Positions 9,408 through 19,359 of a stretch of DNA of 64,000 bases are shown piece after piece. Position 1 is the first letter of the stretch. Each line of letters starts with the position of its first letter. This stretch comes from Acetatifactor sp. GTDB lineage: Bacteria > Bacillota > Clostridia > Lachnospirales > Lachnospiraceae. The notes beneath the pieces are model-generated. The model did no database searches. It was not told the origin of the DNA and was given only the letters and a program-made list of their open reading frames with translations. The position numbers and the translations under genes were made by a program. The stretch is from the NCBI GenBank assembly GCA_045543175.1, contig JAZQMG010000056.1:58422-122421 (forward strand). The letters run 5' to 3'.

Positions 9408-10190
9408 CTACTTTAATCCCGAACAAACCGCCAGAACATCCTCCCATTTAAGCTGACCGCCAAAAAGATCCAAGGCGCTTCCAATGGTCACATGTAACCG
9501 ATTCCGTCCCAACTGTCTGATAAGCTGCAAATCTTCCATATTATGTACACCACCTGCATAGGTGAGGGGTCTTCCCTGCCAGTTGCCCAAAAGACTTACC
9601 AGTTCTCTTTCAATGCCCCTGTTTTGCCCTTCCACATCCACTGCATGAATCAGAAATTCATCACAGTAACCGGAAAGCTTATCCATAAGCTCAGGTGTCA
9701 CCCGCTCTTTGGTCAGTTTTTGCCAACGATCCGTGACAATCAAATAGCCGTCTGCAGTCTTTCTACAACTTAAGTCCAGTACCAAATGCTCTCTTCCGAC
9801 AGTCTGCACCATACGTTCCAACCGATCATAATGAATCACACCATCCTTAAAAACATAGGATGTCACAATCACGTGACTTGCGCCTGCCTTGAGATAATCC
9901 TCTGCATTGTCAGGTGTAATGCCTCCGCCCACCTGCAATCCGCCGGGGTATACGTTCAGGGCTGACATCGCCTGTTTGCGGGTAGCCTCATAGTATTCAC
10001 TGTCCACACTGTTTAAAAGAATTATATGACCGCCCTTAAGTCCCGCATCCCGATACAGCTTTGCAAAAAATGCCGCATCCTGTTCCGCCACGAAATTTTC
10101 TCTGGCCTGATTTCCCACATCCTGTAAGCTTCCGCCCACAATTTGTTTTACTTTTCCATTATGTATATCAATACAAGGTCTGAACTCCAT
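9408..10190 (-). CDS. hisA: ProFAR isomerase, His6/eukaryote-type HisA
   Basis: FRPCIDIHNGKVKQIVGG, LQVGGGI, HAVDVEG, TIGSALD; ATG at 10190 with GGAGGT RBS. Confidence 0.9.
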   Translation of the reverse strand: MEFRPCIDIHNGKVKQIVGGSLQDVGNQARENFVAEQDAAFFAKLYRDAGLKGGHIILLNSVDSEYYEATRKQAMSALNVYPGGLQVGGGITPDNAEDYLKAGASHVIVTSYVFKDGVIHYDRLERMVQTVGREHLVLDLSCRKTADGYLIVTDRWQKLTKERVTPELMDKLSGYCDEFLIHAVDVEGQNRGIERELVSLLGNWQGRPLTYAGGVHNMEDLQLIRQLGRNRLHVTIGSALDLFGGQLKWEDVLAVCSGLK

Positions 10191-10259
10191 GAATACCTCC
10201 CAGAATTTTCTAAAAATACACCACTTTACCAATATACAATAAAAATTTTCAAATAGCTA

Positions 10260-10288
10260 GTATATTTTGTGGTAGTACGTGCATATTA
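10260..10288 (+). promoter_or_regulatory. Sporulation sigma (SigG/SigE-like) promoter candidate
   Basis: GTATA-N17-CATATTA upstream of the Asn/Thr-rich lipoprotein gene. Confidence 0.4.
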
Positions 10289-10340
10289 TGTACAAGCCCT
10301 ATTTTTTATATTTTATATAGGGAAAAGATTGGAGGATATT

Positions 10341-10784
10341 ATGAAGAAAAAGTATTTGGCATTGGGACTGATGTTGGTATTTGTATGTACTGCAACAGCA
10401 TGTTCCGGCAACGACAACAATGGTTCCAATTCCGGCAGCATGGCCGGAACTGAGACCCAGACTGAGACTCAGACCGAAACGGCTACCCGTGAGACCACTG
10501 ACAATCAGAACACCGACACCCAGCAGAATGACACCACCACTAATATGAATGGTGATCAGAATACCATGGGCACCGACGGTGTAAATGGTACCGACAACGA
10601 TTCTCTTCTGGAGAATGCCGGAGATGCCGCAACTGACGTAATCGATGGCGTTACCAACGGTGTAAATGACGTTATTGATGGCGCAACCGACAATAACACC
10701 ACCAACAACAATAACAATAACGCAACAGACAATGCTGCCGGCAACAATACTACCAATAACACAGGCAGTACCGTTACACAATAG
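10341..10784 (+). CDS. Low-complexity Asn/Thr/Asp-rich lipoprotein
   Basis: GGAGG RBS; ATG 10341; lipobox TATAC; disordered TETQ/NN repeats plus one amphipathic helix. Confidence 0.75.
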   Translation: MKKKYLALGLMLVFVCTATACSGNDNNGSNSGSMAGTETQTETQTETATRETTDNQNTDTQQNDTTTNMNGDQNTMGTDGVNGTDNDSLLENAGDAATDVIDGVTNGVNDVIDGATDNNTTNNNNNNATDNAAGNNTTNNTGSTVTQ

Positions 10785-10790
10785 TCATTC

Positions 10791-10831
10791 AAAAGGGAGA
10801 AACTGCTCTCACCGGACAGGTTCTCCCTTTT
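10791..10831. terminator. Bidirectional terminator
   Basis: AAAAGGGAGAA...TTCTCCCTTTT between convergent genes. Confidence 0.75.
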
Positions 10832-10839
10832 CTATAACA

Positions 10840-12792
10840 TTATACCTCTTCAACAATAGAACCCTCTCTATACGCCGCCAGCAAATCTTCCAGATAATGG
10901 ATATTTTCCTTGATATCTACACCGATATCCGTATCTGCCACAAGCTTGCGATGATGGAAGGTCTCCACCTCTATGGTATCTGATAAAATATCTGATTCAT
11001 TTTTGATAGCCATAGCTGTAGACTCAAAGGGCTCATGGGCTACCAGACGCATGCCTCTGGAATTACATACCAACGTATATCCGGCAATTCCGGTCTTTTT
11101 GTGATAAGCCTTGGAAAAACCACCGTCGATAACCAGAAGCTTACCACCACACTTGATGGGTGACTCTCCGTGAATCTGTTCTACCGGAACATGTCCGTTT
11201 ACAATGTGTGCATCCTCCACATCCAGTCCAAATTCCTCCAGAATTTTACGCACGGTCTCTTCCTTTTCATAAAGCTTATAATAGCTGTTTTTCTGCTCCT
11301 TATGTGTCTCTTTATCTTCAATAAAATACCGTTCAAAAGTGGTCATTTTACTCTTACCGTACACAGGGGAACCGGGGCCTGCCCAGATGTACCAAATAAT
11401 ATCCTGAGCCTCCGTGCGCTCCGCTGCATCCTTGGAATAATATCCCCTTCTGGCATAATGCTCCAACACATCATAAAGAGCCTTACCACAATATTCCTTA
11501 CCGAAAATCTCCACCTTCCGAAAACTGCCGTCCTCATTCATAGGCACACAGCCATGATACAGAAGATTTCCGTTGTAAATCTTGTACATACCACCCTTGG
11601 AATAAAGGAAACGCACATGTCGTTGCAGCTTCTCACAGTGCATAAAGGCCTGCTGCAGACGTACCATAAGCTTCCCTTCCTCCTCGGAAAGCTCATATGG
11701 ATTCTCCCGATTTACCGTGGGAAAATCCACATCCTTCATGAGATATTCCTTCCCGTCCACCAAAACCGTCTTCCTGTCAAAATCAATTTTGTCCAAAAGA
11801 AGCCTGTCCTCCATGCCAAATTCCGGGTGACGCATGACAAACTGCCCTTCCAGTTTAAACTGCAAAAGTGCCATAGCCTTGTGTATCCTGGTATCCAGGC
11901 TCAAATCCTTGGTATTGTAATCCGTGTTGTATTTGATGCTGAAAACCTCACAATCCGTGTTGCCGTAGGTCTCCAGCACAAAGGTTGCCAAGGGCACCAG
12001 ATTGATACCATACCCTTCTTCCAAAACGGAAAGGTTACCGTACCTTGCCGCCAGACGTATTACACTGGCTATACACAGCCAATTACCGGCCGCCGCTCCC
12101 ATCCAACCAATATCATGATTGCCCCACTGCACATCCACGGAATGATAGTCACACAGGGTATCCATGATAATATGGGGACCGGGACCTCGGTCATAAATAT
12201 CTCCCACAATATGGAGATGGTCAATCACCAGTCTCTGAATCAGATAGCTTAACTCCACAATAAACTGAGGTGCTCTCCCAATTCGGATAATGGTGTGAAT
12301 AATCTCGTTATAATAGGCTTCCTTATTCTGAATTTCAGCCTTTTCCGTAATCAATTCCTCAATCACATAGGCAAAATCCTTGGGAAGTGCCTTACGCACC
12401 TTGGAACGGGTATATTTGGAAGAGACACGCTTCAGCATCTGCACCAGTCTATGCAGGGAAATCTTGTACCAGTCCTCCAGATTGTCCTCTTCCTTCTCCG
12501 CAAGCTCAAGCTTTGCTTCCGGATAATAAATCAGCGTGGCAAGGCTCTTTTTATCCCTGTTACTGATGGTATTGCCAAACTCTTCATCAATCTTACGGCG
12601 CACGGAACCGGAACCGTTTTTCAGCACATGATAAAACTGCTCATACTCTCCGTGGATATCTGTAAGAAAATGCTCCGTGCCCTTGGGCAGATTCAAAATA
12701 GACTGGAGATTGATAATCTCCGTGGACGCTGCCGCAATATTTTTGTACTGACGGGATAAAGTCTTTAAAAATTTCAGTTCCTGCTGATCCAT
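10840..12792 (-). CDS. fbp: Fructose-1,6-bisphosphatase class III
   Basis: LNLPKGTEHFLTDIHGE, GDIYDRG, QWGNHD, VIDGGFSKAY; likely ATG at 12792. Confidence 0.95.
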   Translation of the reverse strand: MDQQELKFLKTLSRQYKNIAAASTEIINLQSILNLPKGTEHFLTDIHGEYEQFYHVLKNGSGSVRRKIDEEFGNTISNRDKKSLATLIYYPEAKLELAEKEEDNLEDWYKISLHRLVQMLKRVSSKYTRSKVRKALPKDFAYVIEELITEKAEIQNKEAYYNEIIHTIIRIGRAPQFIVELSYLIQRLVIDHLHIVGDIYDRGPGPHIIMDTLCDYHSVDVQWGNHDIGWMGAAAGNWLCIASVIRLAARYGNLSVLEEGYGINLVPLATFVLETYGNTDCEVFSIKYNTDYNTKDLSLDTRIHKAMALLQFKLEGQFVMRHPEFGMEDRLLLDKIDFDRKTVLVDGKEYLMKDVDFPTVNRENPYELSEEEGKLMVRLQQAFMHCEKLQRHVRFLYSKGGMYKIYNGNLLYHGCVPMNEDGSFRKVEIFGKEYCGKALYDVLEHYARRGYYSKDAAERTEAQDIIWYIWAGPGSPVYGKSKMTTFERYFIEDKETHKEQKNSYYKLYEKEETVRKILEEFGLDVEDAHIVNGHVPVEQIHGESPIKCGGKLLVIDGGFSKAYHKKTGIAGYTLVCNSRGMRLVAHEPFESTAMAIKNESDILSDTIEVETFHHRKLVADTDIGVDIKENIHYLEDLLAAYREGSIVEEV

Positions 12793-12821
12793 GGGGCACC
12801 TCTCTTTTGTAATCTTGCAAA

Positions 12822-13577
12822 TCAACCTATCACATCGGACATGTCGTACATGCCGGCGGGCTTGCCTGCAAGGAATTTGGCAGCCTGTACTGCACCCTTG
12901 CCGAATACAGCTCGGGAGTAAGCGGTATGGGAGAAGGTAATTACTTCGTCCATACCTGCAAAGATTACGTCGTGGTCACCTACGATGGTACCGCCGCGCA
13001 CGGCACTGATACCGATTTCCTTTACAGGACGCTTTTCTCTGCGAGTGCTTCTGTCATATACATATTCATATTCATTGTTGAGCTCTGCATTGATGGAGTC
13101 AGCCAGAGCAAGTGCCGTTCCGCTGGGAGCATCAAGCTTCTGATTGTGGTGCTTCTCTACAATTTCAATATCATAGCCTGCAGGAGCCAGAACACCGGTT
13201 GCTTCCTTGAGCATCTTAATCAGCAGATTGATGCCAAGAGACATATTGGCAGACTTCAGGATAGCCACCTGCTTGGATACCTCCGCCACCTTTGCAAGCT
13301 GAGCTTCGCTAAGACCTGTGGTACAGAGCACGCAGGGAACCTTTTTGTCCACACAGTAGTCTAACAACTTGTCTACCGCAGGTGCAGCAGAAAAGTCAAT
13401 AATACAATCTGCCTCCACATCACACTTATCTATCTCACTAAATACCGGATAGGGATTGTGTCCGTCATCATGAGCGTCAATTCCTGCAACAAGCTCTACC
13501 TCTGCATCTGCCGCAATCAGACCACTGATAACCTGACCCATTCTACCATTACATCCATGCATGATTACTCTAATCAT
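12822..13577 (-). CDS. dapB: 4-hydroxy-tetrahydrodipicolinate reductase
   Basis: GCNGRMG; EKHHNQKLDAPSGTA. Confidence 0.95.
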   Translation of the reverse strand: MIRVIMHGCNGRMGQVISGLIAADAEVELVAGIDAHDDGHNPYPVFSEIDKCDVEADCIIDFSAAPAVDKLLDYCVDKKVPCVLCTTGLSEAQLAKVAEVSKQVAILKSANMSLGINLLIKMLKEATGVLAPAGYDIEIVEKHHNQKLDAPSGTALALADSINAELNNEYEYVYDRSTRREKRPVKEIGISAVRGGTIVGDHDVIFAGMDEVITFSHTAYSRAVFGKGAVQAAKFLAGKPAGMYDMSDVIG

Positions 13578-13643
13578 TTTATTACCTCTCTTATTGTATT
13601 TTGTCCGGTCTCCCTAAGGAAACCGGACCCATATCACACTTTC

Positions 13644-14528
13644 TTACAAAATGCCGTATTCCTTCATTGCCTTCTCAAGACGTGTAGCATTCTTCTCCTC
13701 CATCTCAGTCAAAGGACGACGAAGAGTTCCTGCCTCCTTGCCCATTAAGTTCAATGCCTTCTTTACAGGGATGGGATTCACCTCACAGAACAGTGCCGCA
13801 CACAGCTCCAATGCCTCAAGCTGCATTTTGCGGCTACTCTCCACATCACCATCCAGGTATTTCTGACAAATCTCATGAGTCTGTCTGGGTGCCACGTTGG
13901 AAAGTACAGAGATTACACCCACACCACCCAGAGACATAATAGGTACAATCTGGTCATCATTACCGGAATAAATATCTACACAGCCCTTGGAAAGTGCTGC
14001 AAGCTTTGCAACCTGACTGATATCTCCGCTTGCTTCCTTTACACCCAGAATATTGTCTACGTCCTTGCAGAGACGCACTACTGTCTCAGGCAGAATATTG
14101 CAGCCGGTACGACTGGGCACATTATACAGAATCACAGGAATCTTTACAGAATCTGCAATTGCCTTAAAATGCTCATACAAACCATTCTGAGTTGCCTTAT
14201 TGTAATAAGGAGATACCAAAAGCAGTCCGTCAACACCATACTTTTCTGCCTCAGTTGACAGATAGATAGCGGTCTCGGTACAGTTAGAACCGGTTCCTGC
14301 AACTACAGGCACACGTCCGTCTACTCTATCCACACAATACTTGATGGTCTCCAAATGCTCCTCATGGGTAAGGGTTGATGCCTCGCCGGTGGTTCCGCAG
14401 ACGATGATTGCGTCTGTTCCGTTCTCAATCTGCCAGTCAATCAACTCACCGAACTTCTCAAAATTAACCTCTCCGTTTGCCTTCATGGGTGTGACAATTG
14501 CAACACCTGCTCCTGTAAAAATAGCCAT
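13644..14528 (-). CDS. dapA: 4-hydroxy-tetrahydrodipicolinate synthase
   Basis: GTTGE, LYNVPSRTG, GVKEASG; ATG 14528 with AGGAGG RBS. Confidence 0.95.
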   Translation of the reverse strand: MAIFTGAGVAIVTPMKANGEVNFEKFGELIDWQIENGTDAIIVCGTTGEASTLTHEEHLETIKYCVDRVDGRVPVVAGTGSNCTETAIYLSTEAEKYGVDGLLLVSPYYNKATQNGLYEHFKAIADSVKIPVILYNVPSRTGCNILPETVVRLCKDVDNILGVKEASGDISQVAKLAALSKGCVDIYSGNDDQIVPIMSLGGVGVISVLSNVAPRQTHEICQKYLDGDVESSRKMQLEALELCAALFCEVNPIPVKKALNLMGKEAGTLRRPLTEMEEKNATRLEKAMKEYGIL

Positions 14529-14550
14529 AATTTTCCTCCTTAACAGTATA

Positions 14551-14578
14551 AATGCCGACACATAGATATGCGCCGGCA
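14551..14578 (-). terminator. Riboswitch expression-platform terminator
   Basis: TGCCGGCGCAT-ATCT-ATGTGTCGGCA followed by TTTAT between the aptamer and dapA. Confidence 0.6.
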
Positions 14579-14598
14579 AATTTTACAATTTATCCTTT

Positions 14599-14763
14599 GA
14601 TAGCGCACCATCCGTACCCGGATGACAGTCATACGGCTCTTAACCGCATGCCCAAGACTCGACTCACAGGTCATCTCCTCTTTCGGCGTCTTCCCCTTTC
14701 TTTCTTCCTCATCTGTGCCTGTCACATCAGAAAAAATACTCTTGAAATACGCAACCTCTATCT
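14599..14763 (-). ncRNA. Lysine riboswitch (L-box)
   Basis: GATAGAGGTTGCG...AAAGG...GCCGAA...ACTGTC...GCGCTATC with P1 GATAG/CTATC, directly upstream of dapA. Confidence 0.9.
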
Positions 14764-14827
14764 TTCATTTAGCCTATCATAGCACTTTAAAATGCCACTG
14801 TCAACGGCTTTTACATTAATTTCTAAA

Positions 14828-15325
14828 TTACTCCCACACCTTAAATTTTACGGTCTGAATCTTAGAAACCTCATCTGCAAGCACACAAATATCATCCGAC
14901 AGATTGATGCCTGTAAGAATCATATTGGTATTGCCACGGCACTCCAAAAGATTCTTCAAATCCTCCGAATCAAGTATGCCGTTCTCAACAAGTCCCAACA
15001 CTTCATCGAGAATCAACAGATCACACTCACCGGTGCTCAATACCTTTCTTGCAAATCCGATACCGTTTTTGATATTGATACTCTCCTCCTGCTTGCGCTC
15101 CTCCGATAATTCTTCAAAATTCTCGTCAGACTTCTCAAAACAGAACACCTTAAGTTCCGGCTCCATCCTGCGCAAATATTCAGAATTCTCCGGTCCTTTC
15201 CCTTTCAAAAACTGTATCAATACTACATTTCCACCAGCCATGGCAACCTGAACTGCACGCCCAAGTGCTGCCTGAGACTTGCCTCGTCCCTCGCCGGTAT
15301 ATATGTGCAGGCTTCCTTTTTCCAT
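14828..15325 (-). CDS. Cob(I)alamin adenosyltransferase CobO/BtuR-like
   Basis: IYTGEGRGKS P-loop, IQFLKG, ILDEV, ILTG, ADEVS. Confidence 0.8.
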   Translation of the reverse strand: MEKGSLHIYTGEGRGKSQAALGRAVQVAMAGGNVVLIQFLKGKGPENSEYLRRMEPELKVFCFEKSDENFEELSEERKQEESINIKNGIGFARKVLSTGECDLLILDEVLGLVENGILDSEDLKNLLECRGNTNMILTGINLSDDICVLADEVSKIQTVKFKVWE

Positions 15326-15405
15326 ACCTTACCTCCGCGTCATCGTTTTAACCGATGCACTCCTTCAAACGGAATTTTCGCAATGAAGCCATTATAGCAC
15401 ATCCC

Positions 15406-16065
15406 TTACAAAATAGCAACTTCCGGTTCTCTCTCATCCACATTCATAAGTTCAAGCTTACTTACGGAAACCTCAAATGCAACTCTTTTTTCCACATGCT
15501 CCTCATCTAATTTTTTCATATATTCTCTGCTCTGGATTCTTCCCCAGATTGCACAACGCTCACCCACCTTGAAATGGTTGGCATAACGCGCATTTCTTCC
15601 CCAACAAATGCAGGGTATGTAATCTGATTTGCCATAGGGACGATTTACCGCCAACAGCAAATCCGCAATCTCCCTGCCCAGAGGTGTTTTTCTGTAAATG
15701 GGTTCCTTACAAATATAACCGTCCAGATAAATCTGATTGGTCTTGGAGCTTTCACCCACTTCATCGATAAATTCAACCTCTCTCGCAAAAACAGACAGCA
15801 CCAGTCTGTTCTTTCTCTCCTCGTGACGATTGTAGGAACGGAACTGACCGTTTACACACAAAAGTCTGCCTGTATAATCCTCACTGACATCCATCAATCT
15901 CTCAGACACCATCACCGGAATAACATCGAAGCTTTCGCTAAGTCTCTGCACCTTCACGTCAACCATATAAAATCCCTCACCGAAGATTTCATGGCTGTAA
16001 GTAAAGCCGCTGACTACCTCTCCCATTACCGTCACCTGATTGTTTTCAATTACCTTATCCGTCAT
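15406..16065 (-). CDS. Tandem-OB single-stranded DNA-binding protein (clostridial double-OB SSB/PriB-like)
   Basis: Two SSB-type OB domains (ENNQVTVMG..GQFRSYN; TNQIYLDG..RKTPLGREI..GRIQSREY); no DDIPF acidic tip. Confidence 0.85.
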   Translation of the reverse strand: MTDKVIENNQVTVMGEVVSGFTYSHEIFGEGFYMVDVKVQRLSESFDVIPVMVSERLMDVSEDYTGRLLCVNGQFRSYNRHEERKNRLVLSVFAREVEFIDEVGESSKTNQIYLDGYICKEPIYRKTPLGREIADLLLAVNRPYGKSDYIPCICWGRNARYANHFKVGERCAIWGRIQSREYMKKLDEEHVEKRVAFEVSVSKLELMNVDEREPEVAIL

Positions 16066-16304
16066 ATTTGTCTCCCTTCTTACACCTTTGTAACGTATTT
16101 TCTATGACAATATATGTATACTATAAAATGAACAAAATTAGTACCGAATCCCATCGCACACATCGACACACAACGCCTCCTTTCAACAGGTACTCGCTTA
16201 ATTTTTCTTGCACAGGCGAATAATTAGTGCTATACTGTAGCAGTTTGAGGTTTTGTTATTTTTAATTCGATGCAAATCGACACAAATTAGTTGAGGAAAA
16301 CATT

Positions 16305-18137
16305 ATGAGACAAAAAAGAGAAGATGTCAGAAACATTGCAATTATCGCCCATGTAGACCATGGCAAAACCACCCTTGTAGACGAACTGTTAAAACAAAGT
16401 GGTGTATTCCGGGAAAATCAGGAGATTGCTGAGCGTGTCATGGACTCCAACGACATTGAGCGTGAACGTGGCATTACCATTCTTTCCAAAAATACCGCTG
16501 TTATGTACAAGGACACCAAAATCAATATCATTGACACACCGGGACACGCAGACTTCGGCGGCGAAGTAGAACGTGTACTGAAAATGGTAAACGGCGTAGT
16601 TTTGGTTGTAGACGCCTTTGAAGGTGCCATGCCCCAGACCAAATTTGTATTAAGGAAAGCTTTGGAATTAAAGCTCCCTGTAATTGTATGTATCAACAAA
16701 ATCGACCGTCCCGAGGCAAGACCTGATGAAGTGGTTGACGAGGTTTTAGAGTTGTTTTTGGAACTGGATGCAGACGATTCCCAGTTGGATTGTCCCTTTG
16801 TATTTGCTTCCGCCAAGGCAGGTATTGCATCCTTGGACGCGGCTGAGACAGGCATCAGCATGGAACCTCTTTTCGAAACCATTCTCGATTACATTCCTGC
16901 ACCCGAGGGCGACCCCGAGGCAGGTACCCAGCTTCTTATCAGCACCATTGATTATAATGAATATGTTGGAAGAATCGGCGTAGGTAAGGTTGATAACGGT
17001 ACCATCAAGGTCAATCAGGAGGTCATTATCTGCAACCATCATGAGCCCGACAAGCAGACCAAGGTCAAGGTCAGCAAACTCTATGAATTTGACGGACTGA
17101 ATAAGGTTGAAGTTAGGGAAGCCTCCATAGGTGCCATTGTGGCGATTTCCGGTATTGCAGATATCCGTATCGGTGATACCCTCTGCGCCACTGACAATGT
17201 AACTCCCATCCCCTTCCAGAAAATCAGTGAGCCTACAATCGCCATGCAGTTTATGGTAAACGACTCTCCCCTGGCAGGTCAGGAGGGCAAATTTGTCACC
17301 AGCCGCCATTTGAGAGACCGCCTTTTTAGAGAACTTAACACAGATGTATCCCTGCGCGTGGAAGAAACCGATGCTGCCGACAGCTTTAAGGTATCCGGCC
17401 GTGGTGAGCTTCATCTGTCTGTATTAATTGAAAATATGCGTCGTGAAGGCTTTGAATTTGCCGTGAGCAAAGCAGAGGTTTTATATAAAGAGGATGAAAG
17501 CGGTCACAAGCTTGAGCCTATGGAACTTGCTTACATCGATGTTCCCAATGAATTTGCCGGTGCTGTTATCGAAAAATTGGGACAGCGCAAGGGCGAGCTT
17601 CGCAACATGGGAAGCATCTCCGGCGGCACCTACACCCGTTTGGAATTCTCCATCCCTGCCCGTGGCCTTATCGGCTACCGCGGTGAGTTTATGACCGACA
17701 CCAAGGGTAACGGCATTTTAAATACCGTATTCGACGGCTACGGCCCCTACAAGGGAGATATTCAGTACCGTAAGCTCGGCTCCCTGATTGCCTTTGAGGC
17801 AGGCGAAGCAATTACCTACGGACTATTCAATGCCCAGGAACGTGGCACCTTATTTATCGGCCCCGGCGAAAAGGTTTACTCCGGCATGGTTGTAGGCCAG
17901 ACAGGACGCAGCGAGGATATCGAGATTAATGTCTGCAAGAAAAAGCAGTTGACCAACACCCGCTCCTCTTCCGCTGATGAAGCACTGCGCCTCACGCCGC
18001 CCAAGGTTCTTTCTCTGGAGCAGGCTTTGGATTTCATTGATACGGATGAATTGCTGGAGGTAACACCGGATAACCTTAGAATTCGCAAGAAGATTTTGGA
18101 TCCGACACTGAGAAAACGTGCCGGCATGAAAAAATAA
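16305..18137 (+). CDS. typA: Translational GTPase TypA/BipA
   Basis: [35 protein letters not shown]-terminus. Confidence 0.97.
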   Translation: MRQKREDVRNIAIIAHVDHGKTTLVDELLKQSGVFRENQEIAERVMDSNDIERERGITILSKNTAVMYKDTKINIIDTPGHADFGGEVERVLKMVNGVVLVVDAFEGAMPQTKFVLRKALELKLPVIVCINKIDRPEARPDEVVDEVLELFLELDADDSQLDCPFVFASAKAGIASLDAAETGISMEPLFETILDYIPAPEGDPEAGTQLLISTIDYNEYVGRIGVGKVDNGTIKVNQEVIICNHHEPDKQTKVKVSKLYEFDGLNKVEVREASIGAIVAISGIADIRIGDTLCATDNVTPIPFQKISEPTIAMQFMVNDSPLAGQEGKFVTSRHLRDRLFRELNTDVSLRVEETDAADSFKVSGRGELHLSVLIENMRREGFEFAVSKAEVLYKEDESGHKLEPMELAYIDVPNEFAGAVIEKLGQRKGELRNMGSISGGTYTRLEFSIPARGLIGYRGEFMTDTKGNGILNTVFDGYGPYKGDIQYRKLGSLIAFEAGEAITYGLFNAQERGTLFIGPGEKVYSGMVVGQTGRSEDIEINVCKKKQLTNTRSSSADEALRLTPPKVLSLEQALDFIDTDELLEVTPDNLRIRKKILDPTLRKRAGMKK

Positions 18138-18142
18138 GGGAT

Positions 18143-18251
18143 ATCGATTGAGGCCCAGGTGTTTTACTGGGGGAGGGTATCTGCAATGTATCGATTCGGA
18201 AGCTAAACCCAAGATATCTCCCCCCTAATAAAACACTTGGGTCTAATTGAT
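18143..18251 (+). repeat. Long imperfect inverted repeat (about 40-bp arms)
   Basis: Arm 18143-18182 pairs with 18212-18251; most mismatches are G-U on the plus-strand RNA. Confidence 0.8.
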
Positions 18252-18304
18252 TAGCAACATAAAAACACACATCTTACTTTTGAAATTTGTACCGAATTCA
18301 AGAC

Positions 18305-18394
18305 CATGGGTCTATGCAAAAAAACTGGTTCTCCAGACCCGGATTTTTCCAAATCCACGGGTCTGGAGAACCAGTTTTTGTGTATAGACCCACG
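18305..18394. repeat. Long near-perfect inverted repeat (about 41-bp stem)
   Basis: TGGGTCTATGCAAAAAAACTGGTTCTCCAGACCCG...CGGGTCTGGAGAACCAGTTTTTGTGTATAGACCCA with inner GGATTT-TTCC-AAATCC. Confidence 0.85.
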
Positions 18395-18437
18395 CCAATG
18401 TTTGGAATGCAGCAAAATCGAACAAAGAACAAAGGAT

Positions 18438-19352
18438 TTACTCTTTTTGAGGGAGTTGGGATAGGACTACGGAGACGAACATGAATGCGCAGCCTATCAA
18501 TTCACATACGGAGAGGCGTTGATGTAAAATCAGCATTCCGGCTAACACGGAAATGACGGATTCTAAGCTGAGAATCATGGAGGCAACGGTGGGATTCATG
18601 TTTCTTTGACCGATGATTTGAAGTGTGTAAGCCACACCGCAGGACAACACGCCTGCATAGAGAATGGGTCCTGCCGCACTCAAAAGGCTCTCTACGCTTA
18701 TCTGCTCAAATAAGAGCATGGGAATTCCCGAAAGAATACCACAGGTAAAAAACTGAATGCAGCTCATTGCCACACAATCTACCTTGGGAGCAAAATAGTC
18801 AATCACAAGAATATGTATGGCAAACACCAATGCACAGGCAAGTACAAGCAAATCTCCTTTTCCGACTGTAAAGGTTTCATTGATACACAAAAAGTAAAGA
18901 CCTAAAACAGCAAAACACACGCCAAGCCATATCAGTTTCCCCACTCTTTTATGTAAAAACAATCCCAGAATCGGAACCAAAACAATATATAGGGCAGTAA
19001 TAAATCCTGCCTTTCCCACAGTGGTATACTTGATGCCATGTTGTTGCAAATTGGACGCCACACACAGCACCACACCACAGCAGACACCGCCCCGGCAAAG
19101 GGTCTTATTACGTTCCAACCAACTGCCTTCGGACTGCTTTAGTTCTCCAACAGGCAAAGTTCCCTGCTCCTTTGCCTTGAACTTTCTAAGCCAAAAGATA
19201 CAGGGAATCAACACTACTCCGCCTATAAGAGACCTTATACAATTGAAAGTAAACCCGCCCACATACTCCATTCCGGCACTTTGAGCCACAAAGGCCACAC
19301 CCCAAATTGTCGCCGTGAGCAGTAAAATCAAAGAATTTTTAATATTTTTCAT
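18438..19352 (-). CDS. DMT/EamA family transporter
   Basis: LLLTATIWGVAFVAQ, TTVGKAGFITALYIVLVP; 10-TM pattern. Confidence 0.9.
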   Translation of the reverse strand: MKNIKNSLILLLTATIWGVAFVAQSAGMEYVGGFTFNCIRSLIGGVVLIPCIFWLRKFKAKEQGTLPVGELKQSEGSWLERNKTLCRGGVCCGVVLCVASNLQQHGIKYTTVGKAGFITALYIVLVPILGLFLHKRVGKLIWLGVCFAVLGLYFLCINETFTVGKGDLLVLACALVFAIHILVIDYFAPKVDCVAMSCIQFFTCGILSGIPMLLFEQISVESLLSAAGPILYAGVLSCGVAYTLQIIGQRNMNPTVASMILSLESVISVLAGMLILHQRLSVCELIGCAFMFVSVVLSQLPQKE

Positions 19353-19359
19353 AGGTTCC

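Noticed and set aside
10445-10490. ACTGAGAC(C/T)CAG repeats
   Set aside because: Coding TETQ repeats within the lipoprotein; no spacers.
11170-12252. 360-aa plus-strand ORF
   Set aside because: Antisense shadow of fbp; no RBS or motifs.
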